The notes below the pieces were generated by a model. It did no database searches. It was not told the origin of the DNA and saw nothing but the letters and a program-made list of their open reading frames with translations. The position numbers were made by a program, and so were the translations under genes. A stretch of DNA of 40,000 nucleotides, from positions 22,118 through 62,117 of the forward strand of contig NZ_JBOIUB010000011.1 of the NCBI RefSeq assembly GCF_050749885.1, written 5' to 3'. Below, in pieces: positions 16,317-24,812 of the stretch. Numbering within the stretch: the stretch's first letter is position 1; the number at the start of each line of letters is the position of its first letter. The stretch is from Zooshikella sp. RANM57. GTDB lineage: Bacteria; Pseudomonadota; Gammaproteobacteria; Pseudomonadales; Zooshikellaceae.

Positions 16317-17918
16317 ATGAAGATTTATCGCTTAAATAAACCAGTTAGACCAGACGCACCTTCTGCACAACATCAAATGCAAAAAGCTAAGCAAGTGTCA
16401 ATTAGACAACGTTTTATACCTCAAGCATTGCTCACATTAAGTATTATCAGTGCCAGTACTGTAATGTGCACCCTGAATGCTCAAGCAGATTCAACCCAAA
16501 CCAAGCAGCTTGAATACTTTCCTATACAACAGTTGATCTATTCACCAGATGAAATGGATCAGTTCAACTTAGCAATCTATCTAGCACAACATGCCCCTCA
16601 TCTTAGCCAATATGCCGAGGTGATCTCCCATTGGAGTGGATATACCAGTATAAGTCCAAAAGTCCTACTGGCTTTAATGGAGCAACAATCAGGCATTATC
16701 TCCAACCCATCCCCTTCAGCTGAAGACCTACAATCCCCCTTTGGCAAACTTTCAGTGAAAATAGGCTTTGAGTTACAGGTTGAAATTATTGCGAAGCGAC
16801 TCGCCAAGCTGCATTATCACCCAAAAGATTCATCCACAAATTTAAATACTCAAGCAGCAGAGACTTTACAGCTTAACCAAGCCCAAACAGTCAATCAATT
16901 ATTTACGACTGGTGTTGCGAATGGAGAATTAACTGCTACAAATAACGCATCAAATTTAAAACACTTTATTTCAACCTACAATCAATTGTTTCCAAACGAG
17001 CTTGGCAACAATCAGTTAGCATTGACTGCACAAAGTTACGAGCAAACGCCCCCAGACACTATGCTTCAATTGCCATTTCCTGTGGGTGAATACTGGCACA
17101 TAGGTGGTGCTCATACGAACACTGGCAGTGGTGATCGTCCTCTATCATCACTGGATTTTAATAATGGAGGATACTGGGGAAGTGATACGTCGAATCAATG
17201 GGTCTCAGCCGCCGCATCAGGGGTAGCTAAAGTTCACTCGTCCTGCTCACTTGAAATAACGCATAATAATGGTTGGTCAACTCATTATTATCATTTATCC
17301 AATATTCAAGTACAGACAGGTGATAAAGTCTCAATTAATCAGCCTATTGCTAATTATGCCGGCAATCAGTCACAAGCACTTTGTAATGGAGGACACTCTA
17401 CAGGCCCTCATCAACACTTTAGTTTGAAATTACAAGGCCGTTATGTGCACCTCAATGATGTATCCCTCTCTGGTTATAAAATCCATACTGGGCGTAGCAG
17501 TTATGACAGTAATTGTAGCTTCTTTTGGCTGACAAAAGATGGTGATAAACACTGCTCAGGTCGTATTTATAACCCTGGAGTTAATAGCAACAATGATCCT
17601 GGAGGAGAAACACCTTTACCACCAAGTTCACCTCAACCCCCTACCGATCCACAACCTCCAACTAGTCCAGACTGGCCTCAGTTACCATTACCACCAAACA
17701 ACACAGGTCCAGACTTACGTGGGCTACCGGGTATGATTTGTAATATTGTGGCAACCTCAATTTGTGCAGGCACTAGTCCAGCAATAACGGCTCCACAAAA
17801 CAACCTATTTCCTGCATCAGAGCAGGAGCGGGAACAACAGCAACTCACGAACCCGAATATAGATTTTTGTCAGCTTGCAAAGTCTCTTTGTAGTATTATT
17901 GACAGCCAGTTTCCTTGA
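16317..17918 (+). CDS. secreted M23A peptidase, LasA (staphylolysin)-like, with extra Pro-rich linker and Cys-containing C-terminal tail
   Basis: The catalytic region aligns closely to P. aeruginosa LasA as I recall it (GGAHTNTGSG, GWSTHYYHLS, LCNGGHSTGPHQHFSL, YNPG). An AGGTGA RBS precedes the start. An alternative start at ATG 16377 would give a classical signal peptide. Confidence 0.88.
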   Translation: MKIYRLNKPVRPDAPSAQHQMQKAKQVSIRQRFIPQALLTLSIISASTVMCTLNAQADSTQTKQLEYFPIQQLIYSPDEMDQFNLAIYLAQHAPHLSQYAEVISHWSGYTSISPKVLLALMEQQSGIISNPSPSAEDLQSPFGKLSVKIGFELQVEIIAKRLAKLHYHPKDSSTNLNTQAAETLQLNQAQTVNQLFTTGVANGELTATNNASNLKHFISTYNQLFPNELGNNQLALTAQSYEQTPPDTMLQLPFPVGEYWHIGGAHTNTGSGDRPLSSLDFNNGGYWGSDTSNQWVSAAASGVAKVHSSCSLEITHNNGWSTHYYHLSNIQVQTGDKVSINQPIANYAGNQSQALCNGGHSTGPHQHFSLKLQGRYVHLNDVSLSGYKIHTGRSSYDSNCSFFWLTKDGDKHCSGRIYNPGVNSNNDPGGETPLPPSSPQPPTDPQPPTSPDWPQLPLPPNNTGPDLRGLPGMICNIVATSICAGTSPAITAPQNNLFPASEQEREQQQLTNPNIDFCQLAKSLCSIIDSQFP

Positions 17919-17950
17919 TATTCTCAAAGGTATGGCAACCACTGAAAAAG

Positions 17951-17978
17951 AAACTGCCGCAAATGCGGCAGTTTTTTC
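17951..17978. terminator. bidirectional rho-independent terminator AAACTGCCGC-AAAT-GCGGCAGTTTTTT
   Basis: A perfect 8-10-bp stem flanked by an A-run and a T-run. It lies between the convergent M23 gene (stop 17918) and the ceramidase gene (stop 18001). Confidence 0.85.
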
Positions 17979-18000
17979 TTTGATAGATCAGATACTCCGT

Positions 18001-19998
18001 TCATTTAAGTCCAACATAAAATGTTTTACTGACGCCACTGTATGGTTTTACTTTACCTGTAATGGGTTGCCGAAAAGCACCTACATGTCGAATACGGTAA
18101 AGCCCATCTGTTGTATTATCAGGTATTTGCCAGCGAATGATGACATTGGATGATCCCCAAATAGGATCAACCCGGCGCCACTGTAAACTTGTGCTCCAAT
18201 CATTGTCTGTGGCAACGGTCTTCCACTGACCTTGATAAAATTGTTCAACATACAGATAGCTTTTACCTATCCTTAGATCATTACGTAAATGTCCAGACCA
18301 AAATGTGACAACCACTTCATCACCTGTCTTATATTCACTTTGCGCATCACGCTCTACCATACCAATTTGTTTACTTAATGGTGCTTGATCATGGATAACA
18401 GGTAGATCAAAACTCATCTGATGCTTGCTTAAATCACGAGGCTTAGGCTCCTGCTTATAAGCATTCTGTAATTTATTTATATCATGTAAACTTTGTGCTA
18501 ATTCACTCACCGCTTGTCGATAAGCAGCTAATGTCCAAGGACCAAAATGAGTCGATCCTCCTTCATAATGTTGTGCATTATATTCTTCAAATGTTGTGAT
18601 ATAACCTGAATACGCATTACTGTATCCTGCCATTACAGTTACCCTTGCGTCAGGGTAATACTTTGTTAATGTTTGCAGAATCCTACGACCAGCCATCACG
18701 GTAAATTCCCCAGGTAAAGCCACCACAACAAACTGTCCCAATTGAATTAAGCTTATGGGAAGTATTTCCGGACTCCATGGAAATGGCTTTGCATTACCTT
18801 GTGCTAATAAAATAGGTTTAGGTGCATGACAGGTCTTTTGTTGCGCTGTTGGTTGAGTTAACAACCCAGTAATGATCTGCCAAAAAGGATTTTCTTGTAA
18901 TTGACCTTCATGAAAAAAATCCAAACCCCGCCCATCCTCAGTACCAGCCGCAAATGCATACCCCAATGCTGCAGTACAGGTCTTCTCCATTTTTCCTGAG
19001 GTAAATTCTCTCCGTACACTCTGCTTACTCATATCAATATATAAGTGACGATATTGCAGGTTACCATTAATTTTTTGGCCTGATTGTAATACAAGATCAC
19101 GTGCTTTTTTAAATTGTAACTCACCAATGCGTTTTGTACTTTTCTCAGCTGTGTTTCCAGGTCCTGAGCCATCTAAGTTAATATTTGGTGTCATATCACC
19201 TGCATTTGATTGAGCAAAAGCCGAGACAATATTTATGCCCCATACGTCTTTGGCGTACTTTTCAAATAAATAGGCTGCATAACCTTTATTATCAGGATTT
19301 ATAAGCTTATTTTCTTTTGGCATAGACACACCATGTGTTGGAAACCAACTTAACACCCCAACCAGTTGCCCTTTTTGTTTAAAACTAAGCACAACCATTC
19401 TTGTATCTTCTGCCGGGTAGTCTCCTGCATCCTTGTTCTGTAAGTAAGCCTGTAAAGAACGGTTACGATTAGCACCGTCTAAATGCCCCTGATTTGTAAA
19501 TATTTCACCCGGCTGAAGATTTTGATGTGCTTCAAAAATAGCATTGACAATGCCTTTAACAATTACGTCAAAATTTTGTTTAATAAACCCTTTTGTCGTA
19601 ATGTTATACAATGCATAGTGTGAAAAACCTCCGGGGCCTGAATGAGTATGAGTAGCACTAATAACTACATTACGGTGATTATAATAACCTGGTAATACTT
19701 TATTTAAACGAGCAATTACTGCTTGCTTAACGGCCTGAAAAGCCATTCCAGTATCAATAACAACGTAAACCACTCTATCTTTGGTAATTTGATCTTTTAT
19801 AATGAATACTCGAGCCCACAGTCGACTTTTAATTCCCTCTGCCACTTGATTTAAGTCAGCATATCCCATAAATAATACTTCAGCCGCAGGTCCCGTAATA
19901 TCAGCCTTACCGATACCAATATCAAACCTTGCGTAAAGTGATAAAGAAAACATATAAAGAAAAATCAATAGTCCCATATTTATAATTTTTATTTTCAT
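18001..19998 (-). CDS. secreted neutral/alkaline ceramidase
   Basis: 665 aa with a signal peptide. The N-terminal block GYADLNQVAEGIKSRLWARVFII and the HTHSGPGG motif are typical of the bacterial neutral ceramidase family. The size matches the P. aeruginosa enzyme. Confidence 0.85.
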   Translation of the reverse strand: MKIKIINMGLLIFLYMFSLSLYARFDIGIGKADITGPAAEVLFMGYADLNQVAEGIKSRLWARVFIIKDQITKDRVVYVVIDTGMAFQAVKQAVIARLNKVLPGYYNHRNVVISATHTHSGPGGFSHYALYNITTKGFIKQNFDVIVKGIVNAIFEAHQNLQPGEIFTNQGHLDGANRNRSLQAYLQNKDAGDYPAEDTRMVVLSFKQKGQLVGVLSWFPTHGVSMPKENKLINPDNKGYAAYLFEKYAKDVWGINIVSAFAQSNAGDMTPNINLDGSGPGNTAEKSTKRIGELQFKKARDLVLQSGQKINGNLQYRHLYIDMSKQSVRREFTSGKMEKTCTAALGYAFAAGTEDGRGLDFFHEGQLQENPFWQIITGLLTQPTAQQKTCHAPKPILLAQGNAKPFPWSPEILPISLIQLGQFVVVALPGEFTVMAGRRILQTLTKYYPDARVTVMAGYSNAYSGYITTFEEYNAQHYEGGSTHFGPWTLAAYRQAVSELAQSLHDINKLQNAYKQEPKPRDLSKHQMSFDLPVIHDQAPLSKQIGMVERDAQSEYKTGDEVVVTFWSGHLRNDLRIGKSYLYVEQFYQGQWKTVATDNDWSTSLQWRRVDPIWGSSNVIIRWQIPDNTTDGLYRIRHVGAFRQPITGKVKPYSGVSKTFYVGLK

Positions 19999-20865
19999 TT
20001 TATTTTGTCTATCCTTGGCAAACTTGTTATTATTTTATCAGTGGTGCTAAATATTCCCTATGAACAGGGCATATATGAACCGTCATATAAACTACACCCT
20101 TTCGTTAACATACTGCTTTTCAGTCATAGCAAAATTATTTGCCAACACGTATCAACTTGTATCGACATATAATAATTGCGACAACCACTTTGTTACACCT
20201 AATGATTAAATATAGACAATGAAGCAAGTAATAAAAAAATATAAACTATTTGTAACAAATCTTATTTATCAACACTACAATCAGTAGCATTCATCATTTT
20301 AGGTTTTACACAGTAAAACCCTCTGGTTTTATTGATTACCAGCATAAGTATAAAAAGTCATTTTCAAGCATAAAAGTCAAAAAATAAACTTATATTCTCG
20401 CCAATTACATTTTTTTACTTTGTTACAATTAACCAAAAGATAAAGTCTATGCTAATCAGTTAGCGTACTTCTTTATACTCAATAAAGGTCTATCTAAATT
20501 AATACCCATTCTAAATGCTGCAAATTAGCGCACCCTGCACCAACAAATTGCTCTTTTTTTAATAGGCGTTCTCTTACAAAAAAATATCCTATTGTTTTTA
20601 AACGTTTTTTTGCTAAATATATATGGCAAGACTTATGCATTTTATAATTTTGTATTGCCATACAAAGCAAAAATATAATATATTTTTAGTGTGGGATAAA
20701 AAAACAAACAAAAAGCTAGCAGTGAGCCAGAAGTAAAGGTATACACATTTTGTATTCGCTATGTAGAACATATAGGATGTATCGGGTGTATACAGATTAC
20801 TAGCATAACAAAAGTGCTAATATGCAAAAACTTTTGTTTATATCAGTAGCTTACGCAGTAATAAA

Positions 20866-20900
20866 TAAGGGTGCCTATAAGTATTTTCAGGTGAAACAGC
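20866..20900. repeat. degenerate or solo copy D of the repeat family (TAAGGGTGCCTATAAGTATTTTCAGGTGAAACAGC)
   Basis: It shares the TAAGGG..CCT.TAA start and the TTTTCAG(G)TG segment with the copy at 22678. It lies ~110 nt upstream of the first S8 protease ATG. Confidence 0.45.
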
Positions 20901-21009
20901 ACGTACAAATTGTATGTTTATCACCTCTTACTCAATCGCCAAAATAACCCACGCTACAACTTAAATAACAATTATTTTTAGTAAGAATCCTTAAACAGGG
21001 AGTGTATCT

Positions 21010-22455
21010 ATGCCATCGTCGAGACTGTTAAGTCTTTTTTCTGCAGCCACCATAGCTTTAAGCCTGACTAACACTTATGCTGCAACTAACATTTCAAGCA
21101 CTCAAAAAACTGACCGTATAATCATAAAGTTTAAAAAGAATGAATCTGCCTCTTCCAGCAGCAGTAATAATTCGAGTAGTACTCACGCGCAAATGCTAAG
21201 AATGGGTTTTAAACCGCTTCATAAAACTGTTTCTGGTGCACAGGTTTATAACTTGGGAGAACTTATTGATGTATCCAAAGTAAACGAGTTTACGGAGCAA
21301 CTTGCTAATACGACAAGTGACGTTGAGTATGCAGAACCTGACTACATAATGACCGCATTAAATACTCCAGATGATCCAATGTACAATCAGCAGTGGGCTT
21401 ATTTTGACACTAAAGGTGGTATAAATGCTGAAGAAGCATGGGATATGACAACGGGTAAAATGCCTTCTGGTGAGTCAGTTGTTGTCGCCGTTATCGATAC
21501 AGGTGTTCGCCCTCATGGAGACTTAAAAGAAAATCTACTACAAGGCTATGATTTCATTTCTGATGCCTGGGCTGCAAACGATGATAATGGACGTGACAGC
21601 AATGCATATGATACTGGCGATGCCATTAAAGCAGGAGAGTGTGGCACTGATGGTAATGGTAACCCCTATCCATCTTATGATCAAAGCAGTTCATGGCACG
21701 GAACGCATGTTGCTGGAACAATAGCCGCTGTTGGTAATAACTCATTTGGCGTTTCCGGTGTTGCCTGGAATGCAAAGGTACTTCCAGTTCGGGTATTAGG
21801 AAAATGTGGTGGTTATACCTCTGATATTACCGATGGCATGATGTGGGCAGCAGGTATTGATGTTGATGACGTCCCTCGCAACACGCATCCTGCTCAAGTC
21901 ATTAATTTAAGTCTTGGCGGTTACTCTAAGTGCAGTAGAACATATCAAAATGCAATCAGCGCCATACGCGCTAGAGGAACAACTATTGTTGTCGCCGCAG
22001 GAAACAGCGATGATAACGCTAGAGACTACACCCCTGCTAGCTGTGATGGAGTTGTTACTGTAGCGGCTACTAACAAAAAAGGATTCCGTGCCAATTACTC
22101 CAATTACGGCTCAGTAGTAGACGTTGCTGCTCCAGGTGGTGAAACCTCATGGATGTCAAAAACAGGTGGCATTTTATCGACATTAAATGCTGGCGACTCT
22201 GAACCAGGTGAAGATAACTATGATTATTATCAAGGCACCAGCATGGCTGCACCTCATGTAGCAGGCACGGCTGCACTGTTATATGCAATTAATCCTGATT
22301 TATCGCCTAGTGCAGTAGAGCGAATTCTGAAATCAACTGCACGTGAATTTCCAGGATGCTATACACGTGGTTGTAACAATATTTGTACAGAAGACACTTG
22401 TGGTACAGGTATCATTGATGCAGGTGAAGCTGTAAAGAAAGCAAAATACTATTAA
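21010..22455 (+). CDS. secreted S8 subtilisin-family serine protease (paralog 1) with N-terminal propeptide
   Basis: A signal peptide is present. The catalytic triad blocks are VAVIDTGV (Asp), HGTHVAGTIAA (His) and GTSMAAPHVAG (Ser). The IIKFK segment is an I9-like propeptide. Confidence 0.92.
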   Translation: MPSSRLLSLFSAATIALSLTNTYAATNISSTQKTDRIIIKFKKNESASSSSSNNSSSTHAQMLRMGFKPLHKTVSGAQVYNLGELIDVSKVNEFTEQLANTTSDVEYAEPDYIMTALNTPDDPMYNQQWAYFDTKGGINAEEAWDMTTGKMPSGESVVVAVIDTGVRPHGDLKENLLQGYDFISDAWAANDDNGRDSNAYDTGDAIKAGECGTDGNGNPYPSYDQSSSWHGTHVAGTIAAVGNNSFGVSGVAWNAKVLPVRVLGKCGGYTSDITDGMMWAAGIDVDDVPRNTHPAQVINLSLGGYSKCSRTYQNAISAIRARGTTIVVAAGNSDDNARDYTPASCDGVVTVAATNKKGFRANYSNYGSVVDVAAPGGETSWMSKTGGILSTLNAGDSEPGEDNYDYYQGTSMAAPHVAGTAALLYAINPDLSPSAVERILKSTAREFPGCYTRGCNNICTEDTCGTGIIDAGEAVKKAKYY

Positions 22456-22465
22456 TGTATAAATC

Positions 22466-22487
22466 GGAGGCTTTATCAAAAGCCTCC
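22466..22487 (+). terminator. hairpin GGAGGCTT-TATCAA-AAGCCTCC after S8 paralog 1
   Basis: A perfect 8-bp stem 11 nt after the stop codon. The T-tail is weak (AATATT). Confidence 0.5.
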
Positions 22488-22677
22488 AATATTAACAGCG
22501 ATTCCATGCTTCAGATAATTTAGCCGTGTAAATAGAATAGTTTTTATACCTACAACTCATAGTGTCATCATACTGTACTAATAATGCACCCTTATAACAG
22601 GGTTTCACTATGAAGTTAAACTACTCATATTTCGTTAAAGTTTGACATATATGTATTTCTGACAAACATTTAATACA

Positions 22678-22824
22678 TAAGGGCTCCTCTAAAAATGCAC
22701 TTTTTCAGTGGAAGCTGTGTCAGCGCTATACTCGGATCCTCATGTATTTCTTATACACTGCGATCCTCCGTGCAGTGCTTCCTTGCTCTCACAAAAAAAA
22801 TCACTATTTTTAGAAGTACCCATA
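22678..22824. repeat. long (MITE-like, ~147 bp) copy C of the repeat family: ends TAAGGGCTCCTCTAAAAA ... TTTTTAGAAGTACCCATA
   Basis: The terminal inverted repeats match the arms of copies A and B but are separated by ~110 bp of internal sequence. A further right-end fragment (ATGCACCCTTA) lies at 22584-22594. Confidence 0.55.
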
Positions 22825-23030
22825 ATGCAAAAAAATGTATTATGCATACCTTTTTCAGTAAAAGCATCGTTACCAGAACATATTGAAACTAACGATTCTA
22901 CGTATTATGCAGTAACAGCCAAAATCAAACTCAGCATGTATTAATAATAAAAATGGACTCTCACACTAACGAGTCTAAATTCATTTATTTGGATTAAGAG
23001 TAAGGAAAACTCGGCTAGTTTTTGTGGGTA

Positions 23031-23062
23031 AAACTAAATCTGGCTTTAGGCCAGTTTAGTTT
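23031..23062 (+). other. strong hairpin AAACTAAATCTGGC-TTTAG-GCCAGTTTAGTTT in the leader of S8 paralog 2
   Basis: 13-14-bp arms with one bulge, 57 nt upstream of the ATG at 23119. There is no T-tract. The function is unknown; it could be a 5'-UTR structure or a processing or binding site. Confidence 0.4.
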
Positions 23063-23118
23063 ACATTAAAGCATACCAAGGAAATTCAGCCAATTAATCA
23101 GCATGGAGTGCCGATGAC

Positions 23119-24669
23119 ATGATAAAAAAAAATATTTTTCCACCGCTTGGGATTATATCTATTGTTGTACTGTCCAGTACAGTAAACCCAACTATTGCCA
23201 ACACACCCTTTTCTTCTTACGCGAAAAAAGTCACTCCTTCCCTGATGGCGGAAAATATTACAGCATCAACTAACCGTATAATCATCAAATTTAAAACCCC
23301 AAAAAACAATAAAAAAAATACGTCACCTGCCGTAACCAACAAAGTTCAGATAGAGTCTGCACTATCTATGCTCAGGGGTTTTCAGGCAAAACCTTTACGA
23401 CACACATCAAATGGCGCTCAAGTCTATAGCCTGGGTGAAACACTTGATATCGATACAGTTGAAGCACTTGCCAACCAAATCAGTAACGATAGTCGGATTG
23501 AGTATGCAGAACCAGACTACATACTGACGAAGCAGGAAACACCTAATGATGCACGTTACAGCGAACAATGGAATTACTATGACACTCAAGGAGGAATTAA
23601 CCTTCCTGAAGCCTGGAACATAACCAAAGGCAACTCAAAAACCACCGTCGCCATTATAGACACAGGATTAGTTAAACACCCTGATATTGAAACTAAGCGA
23701 ATTTTACCTGGCTATGACTTTATCTCAGATGCATGGACTGCTAATGATGGAGATGGCCGAGATGATAACCCATTAGATACAGGGGATGCGATCAATGCAG
23801 GTGAATGTGGACGTAATAGCCAAGGCAATCCTGTGCCAGCAAAAGACCAACCAAGTTCATGGCATGGTACCCATGTCGCGGGCATCATCGCAGCCTCAGG
23901 AAATAATCAACAAGGTATTGTTGGCATAGCTTGGAAATCCAGTATTTTACCAATAAGAGTGTTAGGTAAATGTGGCGGTTATACGTCAGATATTGCTGAT
24001 GGTATCCGCTGGGCTGCAGGTTTAAATGTGCTAGATGTACCTGATAACCAATACCCAGCTCATGTCATTAATATGAGCTTAGGCGGCAAACATGCTTGCA
24101 GCAGAACGTATCAAAACGCTATTAATGATGCTATCTCTCAAGGCACATCGGTTATTGTCGCAGCAGGAAATAGTGCTGACGACGCAAGTCAATACACGCC
24201 AGCAAACTGCAAAGGTGTTATTTCCATTGCTGCAACAAACCGAAAAGGTGATATGTCATATTATTCAAACTATGGACAGTCAGTTGATGTTGCTGCACCA
24301 GGGGGAGAAACACGTATCGTTATTAATGGTCATGTACAACAACAAACGTATAATGGCATTTTATCTACGATTGAAGGCGGCTATGCTTTCTACCAGGGTA
24401 CCAGTATGGCTGCGCCTCATGTCGCGGGTTTGGCTGCATTAATGTATTCAGTTAATCCAAAATTAACCCCTGCAGAAACCAAGCAAATTTTGAAAGAAAC
24501 AGCAAAGCCATTCTCTGCTAATGCACCGCTTTGTAAAAAGTATGACTGTGGTGCTGGAATCATAGATGCGGGTGCTGCCGTTAAAAAAGTCAAATCTATA
24601 ATGGATGAGGATACAACAACGCCTGAAACAGAGGATGATACCTGTTCTTGGCTTGATTGGTCTTGTTAG
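23119..24669 (+). CDS. secreted S8 subtilisin-family serine protease (paralog 2) with acidic C-terminal tail ending C-x6-C
   Basis: A signal peptide is present. The triad blocks are VAIIDTGL, HGTHVAGIIAA and GTSMAAPHVAG. It is colinear with paralog 1 and carries an extra tail, SIMDEDTTTPETEDDTCSWLDWSC. Confidence 0.92.
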   Translation: MIKKNIFPPLGIISIVVLSSTVNPTIANTPFSSYAKKVTPSLMAENITASTNRIIIKFKTPKNNKKNTSPAVTNKVQIESALSMLRGFQAKPLRHTSNGAQVYSLGETLDIDTVEALANQISNDSRIEYAEPDYILTKQETPNDARYSEQWNYYDTQGGINLPEAWNITKGNSKTTVAIIDTGLVKHPDIETKRILPGYDFISDAWTANDGDGRDDNPLDTGDAINAGECGRNSQGNPVPAKDQPSSWHGTHVAGIIAASGNNQQGIVGIAWKSSILPIRVLGKCGGYTSDIADGIRWAAGLNVLDVPDNQYPAHVINMSLGGKHACSRTYQNAINDAISQGTSVIVAAGNSADDASQYTPANCKGVISIAATNRKGDMSYYSNYGQSVDVAAPGGETRIVINGHVQQQTYNGILSTIEGGYAFYQGTSMAAPHVAGLAALMYSVNPKLTPAETKQILKETAKPFSANAPLCKKYDCGAGIIDAGAAVKKVKSIMDEDTTTPETEDDTCSWLDWSC

Positions 24670-24695
24670 CCTATTAGATAAAAAAGTGTATGAAT

Positions 24696-24737
24696 TTGAT
24701 GATAGCGAAGGTACAAAGTACTTGTCGCTATCATCAA
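24696..24737. terminator. 13-bp perfect inverted repeat TTGATGATAGCGA...TCGCTATCATCAA (plus inner GTAC/GTAC) between convergent genes
   Basis: Read directly from the sequence. It lies between the S8 paralog 2 stop (24669) and the ACAD stop (24813). There is no clear T-tract. Confidence 0.5.
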
Positions 24738-24812
24738 TGAGGCAGTTTGTTATATACGTATAATGAAGAACGCTAACAACAAACTCTACCATTTATTCGC
24801 GAAGGGCAGCGT

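Noticed and set aside
17875-18153. 92-aa plus-strand ORF bridging the M23 gene end and the ceramidase gene end
   Set aside because: It runs through the bidirectional terminator and antisense into the ceramidase C-terminus, so it is not credible as a gene.
22695-22944. Two overlapping ORFs (63 and 78 aa) between the S8 protease genes
   Set aside because: They are composed largely of the MITE-like repeat copy C and its flanks. They have no RBS and are mutually overlapping frames.
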